From contig PASR01000011.1 in assembly GCA_002713365.1 (NCBI GenBank), positions 342,110-406,109 on the forward strand: a stretch of 64,000 nucleotides of DNA, given 5' to 3'. The first letter of the stretch is position 1, and each line of letters begins with the position of its first letter. The translations under genes and the position numbers were made by a program. Shown here piece by piece: positions 19,877 to 30,420 of the stretch. Source of the DNA: Rhodospirillaceae bacterium (GTDB lineage: Bacteria; Pseudomonadota; Alphaproteobacteria; UBA6615). Under the pieces are notes generated by a model. It did not search any database and was not told the DNA's origin. It saw only the letters and a program-made list of their open reading frames with translations.

Positions 19877-21415
19877 ATGAACTTAGGTATTCTTTTAACT
19901 CGCGCCGCGCGATCATTTCCTAACAGGACTGCAATAGCATTGGGGGAGACTACTTACTGCAATTATATTGAATTGGTTAATAGAGCCTCCTCAATAGCGA
20001 GATCTTTACAAACTGAGTTGGGCCTAAAAATTAATGATCGTATTGGATTATTTATGACAAATTGTCCAGAATTTCTGGAAGTTTTCCATGGTATACTCCA
20101 TGCGGGTATGACAACACTACCTATTAATAATAAATTACATGAAAAAGAACTTGCCTATATTCTAAATGATGCGAGAGCTAGCGCACTATTTGTTACGAAA
20201 GATTTAGCCGATAAAGCATCCATTGCTATAGCTCAAATTGATCATAGTATTCAGTTAATTGTAGTAGGTGATAAAGAATACACAAAGTTTTTGAAAAATG
20301 ACTCAATACCTATTGTTCATAGAACAGCAGATGATCTAGCATGGTTATTTTATACTAGTGGAACTACTGGCCAACCCAAAGGTGCAATGCTAACTCATCG
20401 TAATTTATGGGATGGAACTTTAAACTATTTTGTGGATGTGGACCGGGTGCCAATTAATGGAAGCGCAATTCATGCTGCTCCTATGTCTCATGGCTCTGGT
20501 TTTTATGGTTTGCCGCATCTTGCAGCGGGAGCTAAACAAGTGATCCCAGAATCTGGAGGTTTTAATCCAGAGGAGATTTATAAACTAATTGAATCTCATT
20601 CCGAAGTGGCTATGTTTGCAGCCCCGACCATGGTTAAACGATTTGTTGAGCATAATGGTGGTTCCCACACAAATAACCTAAGAACTATCACATATGGTGG
20701 TGGACCAATGTACGTTGAAGATTGTAAGCGTGCACTTGATCGATTGGGGCCAAAATTAATACAAATTTATGGCCAAGGCGAAAGTCCTATGACTATAACT
20801 GTTTTGCCAAGAGAGGATCATATTGCAGAAAATAACCCTCGTTTTGAAGAAAGATTAGCTTCTGTTGGCTACGCTCAAAGCGTAGTGGAAGTTTGTGTGG
20901 TCGACTCTAATAATAATACTCTTCCTAGCGGAGAAATTGGAGAAGTATTGGTCCGTGGCGACGTGGTAATGAAAGGTTATTGGGAAAAACCAGATATTAG
21001 CGCTGAAACACTTATTGATGGCTGGTTACATACAGGAGATATGGGTGTTTTTGATGAAGATGGGTATTTAACCTTAAAGGATAGATCCAAAGACTTAATT
21101 ATAAGCGGAGGATCAAATATATATCCCCGCGAGATAGAAGAAGTTTTACTTCGTCATTCAGCAGTTAGCGAATGTGCTGTGGTAGGTCGACCACATCAGG
21201 AATGGGGAGAAGAAGTCATAGCTTTTATAGCTCTATCTGAAGGTCAGGAAGTTGATAAAAAGGAACTTGATCAATTATGCCTTGATAATATTGCCAGATT
21301 CAAAAGACCTAAAGATTACAGAATAGCTAGAGCATTGCCTAAAAATAATTATGGTAAGATTGTTAAGCGTGAATTACGCAATTGGTTAGAAAACGAAACA
21401 GAAGTATTGGAGTGA
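19877..21415 (+). CDS. AMP-dependent acyl-CoA synthetase/ligase
   Basis: 512 aa. AMP-binding signature YTSGTTGQPKGAM. Confidence 0.9.
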   Translation: MNLGILLTRAARSFPNRTAIALGETTYCNYIELVNRASSIARSLQTELGLKINDRIGLFMTNCPEFLEVFHGILHAGMTTLPINNKLHEKELAYILNDARASALFVTKDLADKASIAIAQIDHSIQLIVVGDKEYTKFLKNDSIPIVHRTADDLAWLFYTSGTTGQPKGAMLTHRNLWDGTLNYFVDVDRVPINGSAIHAAPMSHGSGFYGLPHLAAGAKQVIPESGGFNPEEIYKLIESHSEVAMFAAPTMVKRFVEHNGGSHTNNLRTITYGGGPMYVEDCKRALDRLGPKLIQIYGQGESPMTITVLPREDHIAENNPRFEERLASVGYAQSVVEVCVVDSNNNTLPSGEIGEVLVRGDVVMKGYWEKPDISAETLIDGWLHTGDMGVFDEDGYLTLKDRSKDLIISGGSNIYPREIEEVLLRHSAVSECAVVGRPHQEWGEEVIAFIALSEGQEVDKKELDQLCLDNIARFKRPKDYRIARALPKNNYGKIVKRELRNWLENETEVLE

Positions 21416-21495
21416 TAAAACTTTTCTTAAACTTTTACGTTTTGTAAACAGATTTTTTGATAAGTATCTGTATTGTTATAAAAGCATCATTGCAT

Positions 21496-22470
21496 ATGTT
21501 TTCAGAAAGATTATTAGTCATGTTGTCGCCTGTAGATTCAGAATTACAAGTAGTTTTTGAGACACTAAAAGAAGCTGGTGTAGCACTTCCAGACCCTGCG
21601 GAGGTTGGCCTTATTGAAGGGAGAAAGGCACGAGAGAGATATTATGCATTTTTAAATCAGCCTGATGGAAAAATACCAATGCAGGCTGTCAAAAATATAT
21701 CACTTCCTGGACCTTATGGACCTATACTTATACGGCTTTATTTTCCAACTAATGAAGAATCAGTCCCTGTAACTTTATTTGTACATGGTGGAGGGTGGTG
21801 GACTGGTAATGTAGATGCTTATGACCAAATTTGTAGACGCTTGGCTATGGAAACAAACTCTGCCGTTGCAAGCATTGAGTATAGATTGTGGCCTGAATAT
21901 CGTTTTCCTGTGCCGATTGAGGAGACTATTTTGGCGACAGAATGGATTCTGAATGAAGGAAAATCATACGGCCTAGATTCTTCAAGCATAGCACTTTGCG
22001 GCGATTCTGCAGGCGCAACTATTTGTTTGTATGTTGGCTCAATGCTTAAATCTAATAAATCTATAAAAGCTTTAGCCCTTGTATATGGTGTTTATAGCAC
22101 TGAATTAGATACACCATCATGGATAAAAATTGGTGATGGAACTTACGGGCTTACGGTTAGACAGATGCAATGGATATGGGATGGTTATTTAGGTGGGCAA
22201 GATATAAATCCAAAAGACCCTCGTTTGTCTCCTCTTAATGCTAACCTAAACGGACTTGCCCCTACCTGGGTAATGGTCGGTGATCTTGATCCATTGTTAG
22301 ATGATAATATTGCCTTAAATAAAGCACTAGAACTTGCTGGAGTAGAAACAATATTTAAAGTTGAAGAAGGGATCACACATTTTATATGGATGTGGCAGCG
22401 CCTATATGAAAGGTCGCGTTTATCAATAGCCGAAGCTTCAAATTTTTTGAAAAAATACTTAAGAGAGTGA
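21496..22470 (+). CDS. Alpha/beta hydrolase, HSL-type esterase/lipase
   Basis: HGGGW oxyanion motif and GDSAGA nucleophile elbow. Start uncertain: the track start at 21457 is TTG, and the first ATG is at 21496. Confidence 0.75.
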   Translation: MFSERLLVMLSPVDSELQVVFETLKEAGVALPDPAEVGLIEGRKARERYYAFLNQPDGKIPMQAVKNISLPGPYGPILIRLYFPTNEESVPVTLFVHGGGWWTGNVDAYDQICRRLAMETNSAVASIEYRLWPEYRFPVPIEETILATEWILNEGKSYGLDSSSIALCGDSAGATICLYVGSMLKSNKSIKALALVYGVYSTELDTPSWIKIGDGTYGLTVRQMQWIWDGYLGGQDINPKDPRLSPLNANLNGLAPTWVMVGDLDPLLDDNIALNKALELAGVETIFKVEEGITHFIWMWQRLYERSRLSIAEASNFLKKYLRE

Positions 22471-22475
22471 TCGGT

Positions 22476-23381
22476 TCATTCTTTAGCCATTACATTATTT
22501 AAATGCTCCACAGCGTCATAGTATGGTTTAGGTTCTTTCAGTTCTAAAATTGTTTTCCATTGTGTTTCTATTAATTCTGGAGTGGCCTTTGTATGGGGGT
22601 TCATTCTGACCCCAGCGCCTTCTACAACGTGCACTTTTGAGTAGTATCCTGCTGTTGCTGCAATAATATTTCCAGATTCAACACATTCTTCACTGACAAG
22701 GTATGTTGCCATAGCCGTTACAGCTTCTGGGGTCACTAAGTTTGCATCATATTGATCAAAAATACCAGAAGGCTCAGCTATTCGAGTTGCTGCGAGAGGC
22801 GCCAGGGTATTGACATTTATATTATTACGACCAGTTTCGACTTTTAAACTATTCATTAATCCAACTATACCCATCTTTGCGGCTCCATAATTAGATTGAC
22901 CAAAATTTCCATAGATACCGGCGCTAGACGTTACCATAAGAATACGGCCGTAATCTTTTTCGCGCATGACTGGGTAGGCAGCATGAGTTGTGTAAACTGA
23001 ACCCATGAGGTGAACCTGAAGCACGAACTCATAGTCATCAAGTTCCATCTTATGGAAAGACTTGTCACGTACAATGCCTGCGTTGTTAATGAGTATATCG
23101 ACTGTTCCAAAAGAATCTAAAGCTGTTTTTACTATATTTGAGGCACTTTCTCTGCTCGCAACACTATCGTAGTTAGGGATAGCCTCTCCACCTGCTTTAA
23201 TAATTTCAGCTACCACTTCTTCCGCTGGTGTTTGTGAACTGCCACTACCATCAATGGCGCCTCCTATATCGTTAACGATAACTTTGGCTCCACGGGCGGC
23301 TAGTGATATGGCATAGCTACGACCTAGGCCATGTCCTGCACCTGTAACAATAGCAACTTTATTATCAAAACGAATTGTCAT
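22476..23381 (-). CDS. SDR family oxidoreductase (MFE-2/HSD17B4-like 3-hydroxyacyl-CoA dehydrogenase type)
   Basis: VAIVTGAGHGLGRSYA...NNAG. Start at the ATG at 23381 with SD GGAGAG; the track start at 23393 is TTG. Confidence 0.8.
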   Translation of the reverse strand: MTIRFDNKVAIVTGAGHGLGRSYAISLAARGAKVIVNDIGGAIDGSGSSQTPAEEVVAEIIKAGGEAIPNYDSVASRESASNIVKTALDSFGTVDILINNAGIVRDKSFHKMELDDYEFVLQVHLMGSVYTTHAAYPVMREKDYGRILMVTSSAGIYGNFGQSNYGAAKMGIVGLMNSLKVETGRNNINVNTLAPLAATRIAEPSGIFDQYDANLVTPEAVTAMATYLVSEECVESGNIIAATAGYYSKVHVVEGAGVRMNPHTKATPELIETQWKTILELKEPKPYYDAVEHLNNVMAKE

Positions 23382-23634
23382 TATTCTCTCCAAATTTACT
23401 TTGTTTAGGTAATGTATTAATTTATTTACGTATTTAAATATTTTCTACTTCTTTTTAAGAAGTCAACAACCATAATTTAGCTAAAATTTAATATGTTATT
23501 AAATTTATAAAACATTAAATGTGTTTAATATTAAGCATGGGTTTGCTTATTTTTGAGAAAATTGATAGCGATACTTTAAGGCTATTAATGAAATAGTTTA
23601 ACCTACACTTATACCTACGAGGAATTTAATTTTC

Positions 23635-24546
23635 ATGGCAGAACTAGATTGGGTTCAATATTGGTTTATGTTCCCTATATCAATATGTGTTGCAACAACG
23701 GCGATGCTAAGCGGTATTGGGGGGGCAGCTCTCTTTATTCCTATTTTTGTAATTATTTTTCCTATTCTAGGACCTGAATACCCTCTTACCACTGCAGCCG
23801 CGATTGGTTCAGCACTTCTTACTGAAGTATTTGGGTTCTCTTCCGGTTTTGTAGGTTATTATAGAAAAAGGCTAATAGATTTTGGTAGTGCTATACCGTT
23901 TTTAATTGTATCGGTGCCTATAGCTATAATAGGAGCTATCTTATTGGCTACGATGAAAGAGCAAGAGGTTTTTCTTAAGGGATCATATGCTTTACTGATG
24001 CTTTTACTTTGCCCAATAATTCTTCGTCATACACCAAACGATAAAATTAAAGACATTAAACGTTTAGACGGTAAAAAAGGATCAAACTTAAAAACGGCAA
24101 GAACTATTACAGCAAGGGATGGAAATATATATAAATATGATAAACCAAAACTTGGTTTATTAGGTGTTTTGAGCACTGGAATTGGTGCCTTCCTCACTGG
24201 TTTATTAAGTGTAGGAATTGGAGAGGTAATAATGCCACAATTGGTAAAGCGCAATCGAGTTCCAGTTGCTGTAGCTGCTGCTACTTCAGTATTTACCGTA
24301 ATTATTACAATTGCTTCTGCGTCATTTACGCAAGTAACAGCGCTGATTGCGGCTGGTGGTATAAATGCAATTCCGTGGAACTTAGTTGTTTATACAGTTC
24401 CGGCCGTTGTTATTGGTGGACAAATTGGTCCACGTTTGCAAGGTAAGATATCGCAACGTGCTATGGAAAAGATAATTGCTATTTTATTTGGTATTATTGG
24501 TGTTTCTATGGGTTTTATAGTAGTTAGACAGCTAGGGGTTTTCTAG
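23635..24546 (+). CDS. TauE/SafE (TSUP) family sulfite/anion exporter
   Basis: 303 aa polytopic membrane protein. Two-repeat DUF81 architecture with a central K/R-rich loop. Confidence 0.75.
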   Translation: MAELDWVQYWFMFPISICVATTAMLSGIGGAALFIPIFVIIFPILGPEYPLTTAAAIGSALLTEVFGFSSGFVGYYRKRLIDFGSAIPFLIVSVPIAIIGAILLATMKEQEVFLKGSYALLMLLLCPIILRHTPNDKIKDIKRLDGKKGSNLKTARTITARDGNIYKYDKPKLGLLGVLSTGIGAFLTGLLSVGIGEVIMPQLVKRNRVPVAVAAATSVFTVIITIASASFTQVTALIAAGGINAIPWNLVVYTVPAVVIGGQIGPRLQGKISQRAMEKIIAILFGIIGVSMGFIVVRQLGVF

Positions 24547-24574
24547 TTTTATTACAACTGCGTCGAGGTGATAG

Positions 24575-25309
24575 GTGACGCTAGGAATTTCAGAAAGACG
24601 CTATATACGTCGACGTCGTGGACAGTTTATTATTCGGCTGTTGCGCTGGCTATTTGTTTTGGTGATTGCAATAGTTGCTGGTTATTATGCTTATGGTCTA
24701 GGTACTGATTTAGCGCTAAGAGAAACTCGGCTTTTAGAATCTCAATTACAGCAACTTAGTAAATTAAACCAACAACTAAAAACAGATATAATAGGTTTTG
24801 AAGCTGCTATTCGCGAAGAGCGTCGTCTAGTTGTACAATGGCGCGATCGTTATAAATCAGAAGTTCCAAAAGCTGAAGATTTAGCATTACTTCAAAACGT
24901 TAAAGAACGTATAGCAAGTGGCGTTTCACGAAAACGACTTAAGGAAATAATATTACTTGCTCAGGAAAAAGATTTGTGTGAAGCCGCAACTGAAACAAGA
25001 AGATTTGTTGTTCAAAACCCTGTTTATGCTGGACCAAACCAAACAGTTACCTTCGCTAATAGATCAATTATTATTGCTGCTATTGGTGAATCAAAAATAA
25101 ATTTAAATGGTAGACCTGAGGCTTGGTTTGACCCCGCTAAACCAATTACCGTCTATTTTACGAGACCCAGTGGAGCGGCCACTTCGACCAAGGGTATTTT
25201 ACCCCTACATCATGCAGTGGTAATTGGTGATAGTGAGTATCGTTTTAATATTGTATCTGGAGAAAGATCTTTTGCTAGAGTAACGGCTCACAAATGTGTT
25301 TATCCATAG
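24575..25309 (+). CDS. Hypothetical protein (N-terminal TM helix, coiled-coil segment, unknown C-terminal domain)
   Basis: 244 aa. GTG start at 24575 with SD GAGGTGA very close. No family recognised. Confidence 0.4.
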   Translation: MTLGISERRYIRRRRGQFIIRLLRWLFVLVIAIVAGYYAYGLGTDLALRETRLLESQLQQLSKLNQQLKTDIIGFEAAIREERRLVVQWRDRYKSEVPKAEDLALLQNVKERIASGVSRKRLKEIILLAQEKDLCEAATETRRFVVQNPVYAGPNQTVTFANRSIIIAAIGESKINLNGRPEAWFDPAKPITVYFTRPSGAATSTKGILPLHHAVVIGDSEYRFNIVSGERSFARVTAHKCVYP

Positions 25310-25616
25310 AAAATTTATTAAGTCTAATAAATAAGGGCGCTATTTACCTCTAATCCTAGCTAAATAAAATTTATCTTTCATATTCATATAGTTAAATATT
25401 AGTAATTAGTTATGCACTTAGTCTAGCATAATACATAATCTGCTAATATTTTAATTTTACTAGAATACTTCGATGGTCTTGAAACAGGTTGATTAAACTA
25501 GTAAAGCGGAGTCGAATTATTTTTAAATTAATTTAAAATAGTTATTTATAGTAGACTATAGGTCTTATGGCCTTAAATATTTGAAAAGTAAGTTAGGGAG
25601 AGCATTTGTTGTGAAT

Positions 25617-26618
25617 ATGTTATTAGAGATTAACAGCCTTACCAAACGCTTTGGTCCTATCACAGCTGTTGATAATGTTTCATTTTCGGTTGAACGAGGA
25701 GAAGTATTAGGTTTTCTAGGGCCAAATGGAGCAGGAAAATCTACTACGATGAAAATGGCAACTGGTTACTTATCTCCTACTGCTGGAGATGTTAAGGTTT
25801 GCGGATACGACGTACAAAGCCATCCTATAGAGGTGAAGAGGCGTATAGGTTATCTTCCTGAAGGTGCTCCTCTCTACGGAGAAATGACGCCTTTTAGTCT
25901 TCTGAACTTCGTTAGCGATATTCGTAAGTTGTCGCGAGAAGAACGAAAACATGGAATGGAGCATGCGATTGAGAGTTTACATTTACAAAGAGTGCTGCAT
26001 CAACCAATTGAGACACTTTCAAAAGGATACAAGAGAAGAGTAGGGCTCGCTCAGGCAATCATTCACGAACCTGATGTATTAGTTCTTGATGAACCTACAG
26101 ATGGTCTTGATCCAAATCAGAAGCATGAAGTCCGCGAATTATTGGAGCGTATGGCTAGCACTAAGGCAATAATTATTTCTACCCATATTTTAGAAGAGGT
26201 AGATGCGGTTTGTAGTAGAGCAATTATTATTTCACAAGGAAGAATAGTTGCAGATAAAAAGCCATCAGAGCTTGAGATGGAATCAGTTTATCATAATGCG
26301 GTTGGTATAAGATTGTTAAATGAAAATGTTGAAAAGTGTATCACTGTAATGAATGAAATTAATGAGGTTCTTTCCGTTGAACATGTAGATCAGTCTGATG
26401 AGCTAATTCACTTGGTGGTTTTTCCTAAAAAGGGTGCTGATATATTAACTAAAGTTAACTCCGCGCTTGATGAGAATAAATTAAAGGTTGCCGAAATGTA
26501 TCTAGAAAAAGGGCGATTGGAAGATGTATTTAGAGATTTAACCCTTAATGAAGGGGGGGTAGGATCAAAAGGTGTTGATCCTACTAGTGGGGTTAAAGAG
26601 GCGGCTAGTCATGCGTAA
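25617..26618 (+). CDS. ABC transporter ATP-binding protein (ABC-2/GldA-like)
   Basis: Walker A GPNGAGKST, signature LSKGYKRRVGLAQAI, Walker B VLVLDEPT. Start moved to the ATG at 25617. Confidence 0.85.
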   Translation: MLLEINSLTKRFGPITAVDNVSFSVERGEVLGFLGPNGAGKSTTMKMATGYLSPTAGDVKVCGYDVQSHPIEVKRRIGYLPEGAPLYGEMTPFSLLNFVSDIRKLSREERKHGMEHAIESLHLQRVLHQPIETLSKGYKRRVGLAQAIIHEPDVLVLDEPTDGLDPNQKHEVRELLERMASTKAIIISTHILEEVDAVCSRAIIISQGRIVADKKPSELEMESVYHNAVGIRLLNENVEKCITVMNEINEVLSVEHVDQSDELIHLVVFPKKGADILTKVNSALDENKLKVAEMYLEKGRLEDVFRDLTLNEGGVGSKGVDPTSGVKEAASHA

Positions 26619-27345
26619 CATTTATCTTATTGGAAGTAGAGAGCTAGCAGCTTATTTTACTTCACCAGTAGCCTATGTTTTTATTGTTATATTCTTAGCG
26701 TTAGCGGGTGGATTAACTTTCTTTTTTGGTAATTGGCTGGAGCGCGGTCAAGCGGATTTACAAGTTTTCTTTGTTTATCATCCTTACCTTTATCTTTTTT
26801 TAATACCTGCAGTTGGTATGCGTCTATGGGCTGAAGAACGAAAGTCGGGAACTATGGAGTTCCTAATGACTCTACCGATTTCAACTGGCCAAGCAGTAAT
26901 AGGAAAATTTATAGCCGCTTGGATATTCGCGGGTATAGCCCTTGTTCTAACTTTTCCCATTTGGGTTTCTGTTAATTATCTCGGGAACCCTGATAATGGT
27001 ATTATTATAACCGCTTATGTTGGCAGTTGGCTTATGGCGGGTGGGTTCCTTGCCCTTAGTTCAAGTGTTTCTGCATTAACTAAAAACCAAGTTGTAGCAT
27101 TTGTTCTTGCAGCTGTCTTATGTTTTGTATTTCTTATGAGCGGTGTGGAGATAGTACAGGCATTCTTTCGAGCTTGGGCACCTCCAAAGTTTGTTGATGC
27201 TATCGCAGAGTTAAGTTTCCTTACTAATTTTGGGGATTTATCACAGGGAGTTATTGATATTCGTGACATTTTATTCTTTGCCTCTGTTATAGCGGTGGCA
27301 TTATTTATTAATACTGCAATTGTCGAAATAAAGAAGAGTGCCTAA
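26611..27345 (+). CDS. ABC-2 family transporter permease (GldF-like)
   Basis: Six-TM ABC-2 permease. Start at the ATG at 26611 overlaps the stop of the ATPase gene (ATGCGTAA). Confidence 0.75.
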   Translation: MRNIYLIGSRELAAYFTSPVAYVFIVIFLALAGGLTFFFGNWLERGQADLQVFFVYHPYLYLFLIPAVGMRLWAEERKSGTMEFLMTLPISTGQAVIGKFIAAWIFAGIALVLTFPIWVSVNYLGNPDNGIIITAYVGSWLMAGGFLALSSSVSALTKNQVVAFVLAAVLCFVFLMSGVEIVQAFFRAWAPPKFVDAIAELSFLTNFGDLSQGVIDIRDILFFASVIAVALFINTAIVEIKKSA

Positions 27346-27347
27346 CG

Positions 27348-29273
27348 ATGATTGAAAAGATTAAAAATACTGATCGAAGTGTTTTAGCTGTAATGTGCGT
27401 AGGATTAGCTATTATATTTTTTCTTGCTTTTAATGCTTTAATTAATACTGCTTTCACTTCTAGCCGCCTGGATCTAACTCAAGACAAATTATTTACTTTG
27501 TCAGATGGCACTAAGAAATTGTTATCGACAATAGATGAACCGATAGATGTAAGATTATATTATTCTAGGCGTTTTAATGAAATTGGCCCCGATATAGCTC
27601 GACATGCAACTCGAGTGACCGAATTACTAGGAGAATACGAGAGATTATCTAATGGTATGATTCGTTTTGAGGTATTTGATCCTGAACCGTTTTCTCCTGA
27701 AGAGGATTTGGCAGTAAGTGATGGCCTACAAGGTTTACCTTTTGATCAATCAGGAGAGCTTGTTTATTTTGGGGTTGCAGGAACAAATAGTACTGATGAC
27801 ACAGACTCCATTGGGTATTTGTCTCCTGAACGTGGTCCTTTTTTAGAGTATGATTTAACACGGTTGGTGCATAATTTAGCAAATCCTGACAAAGCTAGAA
27901 TTACTATTTTATCTGACCTTCCTTTACAAGGGACTAAATTCGATAATTACAAGGAGTGGCTAATAGTTGAGGGCATGAAGCAATTCTTTGACGTTCAATT
28001 CATTGACAGAGAAGATAAAAAAATACCTGAAAAGACTGAGGTTTTAGTTATAGCTGCCGTACATACCCTTAATCCCTCCTTAACATATGCAATAGATCAA
28101 TTTGTTATGAAAGGTGGACGTATTTTGGCATTTGTTGATCCATTTGCTGAATCTATGGCCTTAGCTGGTCCTCAGGCAGGACAACTTCCACCCCCAGGAG
28201 TTGGGATAGGGGCGATGACCCCTCTGCTTAAGTCGTGGGGTGTTGAAATGCCTGCGGGCAAATTTGTTGCTAATAGCGATGACGCTGTTCGCGTTGGTTT
28301 TCCAGACCCTGAGTCTGGCCAACAAGTTGCTGTTGATTACGTTTCTTGGTTAACACTAGTTGGTGATAGGTTTTCTAAGAATGATACTGTTAGTGGTCAA
28401 CTGCAGAGAATTGTTGTTAGCTCTGCTGGGGCTTTCTTGCCAACTAAAGAGTCGAGTATAAAGTTTGAACCACTTATTTATACTTCAAAAAATTCAAATT
28501 TGATGGATGCTTTTGAGATAGCTCAGCAACCAAATCCAATTACGCTTATGAAAAAATTCCAATCTGAGGATAAATCTTATCCTATAGCAGTAAGAATTTC
28601 AGGCAATATTAAGTCTTTATACCCTGATGGACCGCCAAAAGAGGTTACTAAATTAGACAAAGATACTACTTCTGTAGACGTTTCGCATTTATCGGAAACT
28701 AAAGTTCCTTTGAATGCGATACTAGTTGGTGATGCTGATTTTTTAGCTGACAGAAATTGGGCTAGAGTTCAAGAAATTGCAGGTCAGCGGCTAACAATGC
28801 CCCAAGCTAATAATGCCGACTTTGCGATTAATGCTTTAGATAATCTTCGTGGTAGTCAGGCATTAGTTGGCTTACGAGGGAGGGGTCTATCAGTAAGGCC
28901 GTTTGAAATAATAAAAGAAATGCGCCAGATAGCTGATGATAAATTTCGTGCTAGGGAACAAGAATTACTTAATAGTATTAGTAAAATAGAAAAAAATATT
29001 GATGAACTTAAACGCGAAGAACAAAATACGGGAGTAATACTGACTTCAGCGCAACAGAATGAAATTGATAATTTTCGAGTTAAAATGCTAGATAGTAGAC
29101 GTGATTTACGCCAAGTACAGCGTTCTTTAAGAAACGATGTGGAGACTTTAGAAAATCGAATACGTGTAGTAAATATTTGGGCGGTTCCTGTAGTAATTGC
29201 CTTTATAGCTATACTATTGGCATTTGTTCGCCGTGCTCGTCGCGCCCGATTTTATAGAACTGCTTTGCACTAG
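27348..29273 (+). CDS. GldG-family ABC transporter auxiliary protein
   Basis: 641 aa with N- and C-terminal TM anchors around a large periplasmic domain. Position after the ABC-2 ATPase and permease is typical. Confidence 0.7.
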   Translation: MIEKIKNTDRSVLAVMCVGLAIIFFLAFNALINTAFTSSRLDLTQDKLFTLSDGTKKLLSTIDEPIDVRLYYSRRFNEIGPDIARHATRVTELLGEYERLSNGMIRFEVFDPEPFSPEEDLAVSDGLQGLPFDQSGELVYFGVAGTNSTDDTDSIGYLSPERGPFLEYDLTRLVHNLANPDKARITILSDLPLQGTKFDNYKEWLIVEGMKQFFDVQFIDREDKKIPEKTEVLVIAAVHTLNPSLTYAIDQFVMKGGRILAFVDPFAESMALAGPQAGQLPPPGVGIGAMTPLLKSWGVEMPAGKFVANSDDAVRVGFPDPESGQQVAVDYVSWLTLVGDRFSKNDTVSGQLQRIVVSSAGAFLPTKESSIKFEPLIYTSKNSNLMDAFEIAQQPNPITLMKKFQSEDKSYPIAVRISGNIKSLYPDGPPKEVTKLDKDTTSVDVSHLSETKVPLNAILVGDADFLADRNWARVQEIAGQRLTMPQANNADFAINALDNLRGSQALVGLRGRGLSVRPFEIIKEMRQIADDKFRAREQELLNSISKIEKNIDELKREEQNTGVILTSAQQNEIDNFRVKMLDSRRDLRQVQRSLRNDVETLENRIRVVNIWAVPVVIAFIAILLAFVRRARRARFYRTALH

Positions 29274-29290
29274 AAAAATGAGGAATTGAA

Positions 29291-30337
29291 ATGAGCCCGC
29301 GTATTTTTTTCAGCTGGCTAGTGATCACTGTCGTTACAGTGATACTTGCAACATTAATTGTTTTGGATCGACCTACTGCTAATTTTGATACGGTGTCTAG
29401 CGAACCGGTTTTCAAGGCCTTGAGATCTAATCCAGAATCTGCTGCTAAAATCGATATAAAAAGTCGCTTTGGAGAATTTTTATTAACTCGTTCTAATGGA
29501 ATTTGGATAACCCCTGATCGTTTTAGTTATAAAGTTGAGGAAAACGATGTTCGCCGCTTATTGGTAGGTCTATCTGACATGCGCTATATCGAACGAAAAA
29601 CATCTATTCCAGAACGCTTTAATCGTTTAGAAGTTGAGGACATAAATAGTGATGAATCTGAATCGGCTTATGTAAAAATTTCAAATGCGACTGGGGGTGT
29701 ACTTGCTGAGATTATTGTAGGTCGTCCAAGTTCGCGTTTTATTGATGGTTCTGTTAGTGGTACTTATATAAGAGAACCAGACACTAATAATGTATGGCTA
29801 GTAAGTGGTTTAGCTAACGTACAGACTAGATTAGTACCTTGGTTGCAGAGAAGAATTATTTCTATTCCTTCCGATAAAATTACAAAAATAAATCTTCATA
29901 ATGACGAAAATAAGGTCTTACTTACAAGAGGCAAGTTGAAAGAAGATGTATTCCAGTTAGTAGATATGCCTAAAGGAAGAAAACTCAATAAAAATAAAAT
30001 AAATTCTATTAGTAGATCCCTTGCTGAAGTTAACTTTGAAGATGTTGTTCCTCGGGGAAAATTAGTATTTCCAGCTAATGTGAATGTGGCTAAGGTCACG
30101 ACTTATTCTGGAGTAGAGGTAACTATTCTGATGGCGAAGATAGAAAATAAATATTGGGGACGGTTATCTGCAGAATATGTAGGAGCCTCATCTAAGGACC
30201 CAGAGATAAAGAAGTTGGCGCTTAAGGAAGTAAAAGAGATTAATGAAAGAGTAAAAGATTGGGCTTATTGGCTACCAAGTGCTCTATTTGAAGAGCTTAA
30301 CACAAGTTATGATCAACTGCTTATGTCTCAAAAATAG
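29291..30337 (+). CDS. DUF4340 domain protein
   Basis: 348 aa with an N-terminal TM anchor. It is the usual fourth gene of GldA/F/G-like operons. Confidence 0.6.
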   Translation: MSPRIFFSWLVITVVTVILATLIVLDRPTANFDTVSSEPVFKALRSNPESAAKIDIKSRFGEFLLTRSNGIWITPDRFSYKVEENDVRRLLVGLSDMRYIERKTSIPERFNRLEVEDINSDESESAYVKISNATGGVLAEIIVGRPSSRFIDGSVSGTYIREPDTNNVWLVSGLANVQTRLVPWLQRRIISIPSDKITKINLHNDENKVLLTRGKLKEDVFQLVDMPKGRKLNKNKINSISRSLAEVNFEDVVPRGKLVFPANVNVAKVTTYSGVEVTILMAKIENKYWGRLSAEYVGASSKDPEIKKLALKEVKEINERVKDWAYWLPSALFEELNTSYDQLLMSQK

Positions 30338-30420
30338 CCATCATCTTATTTATAGACTCACAATAAAATTTATAACTAAAGACACAAAGTAATATATATA
30401 GAAGCTTTTTGGAGTAAAAT

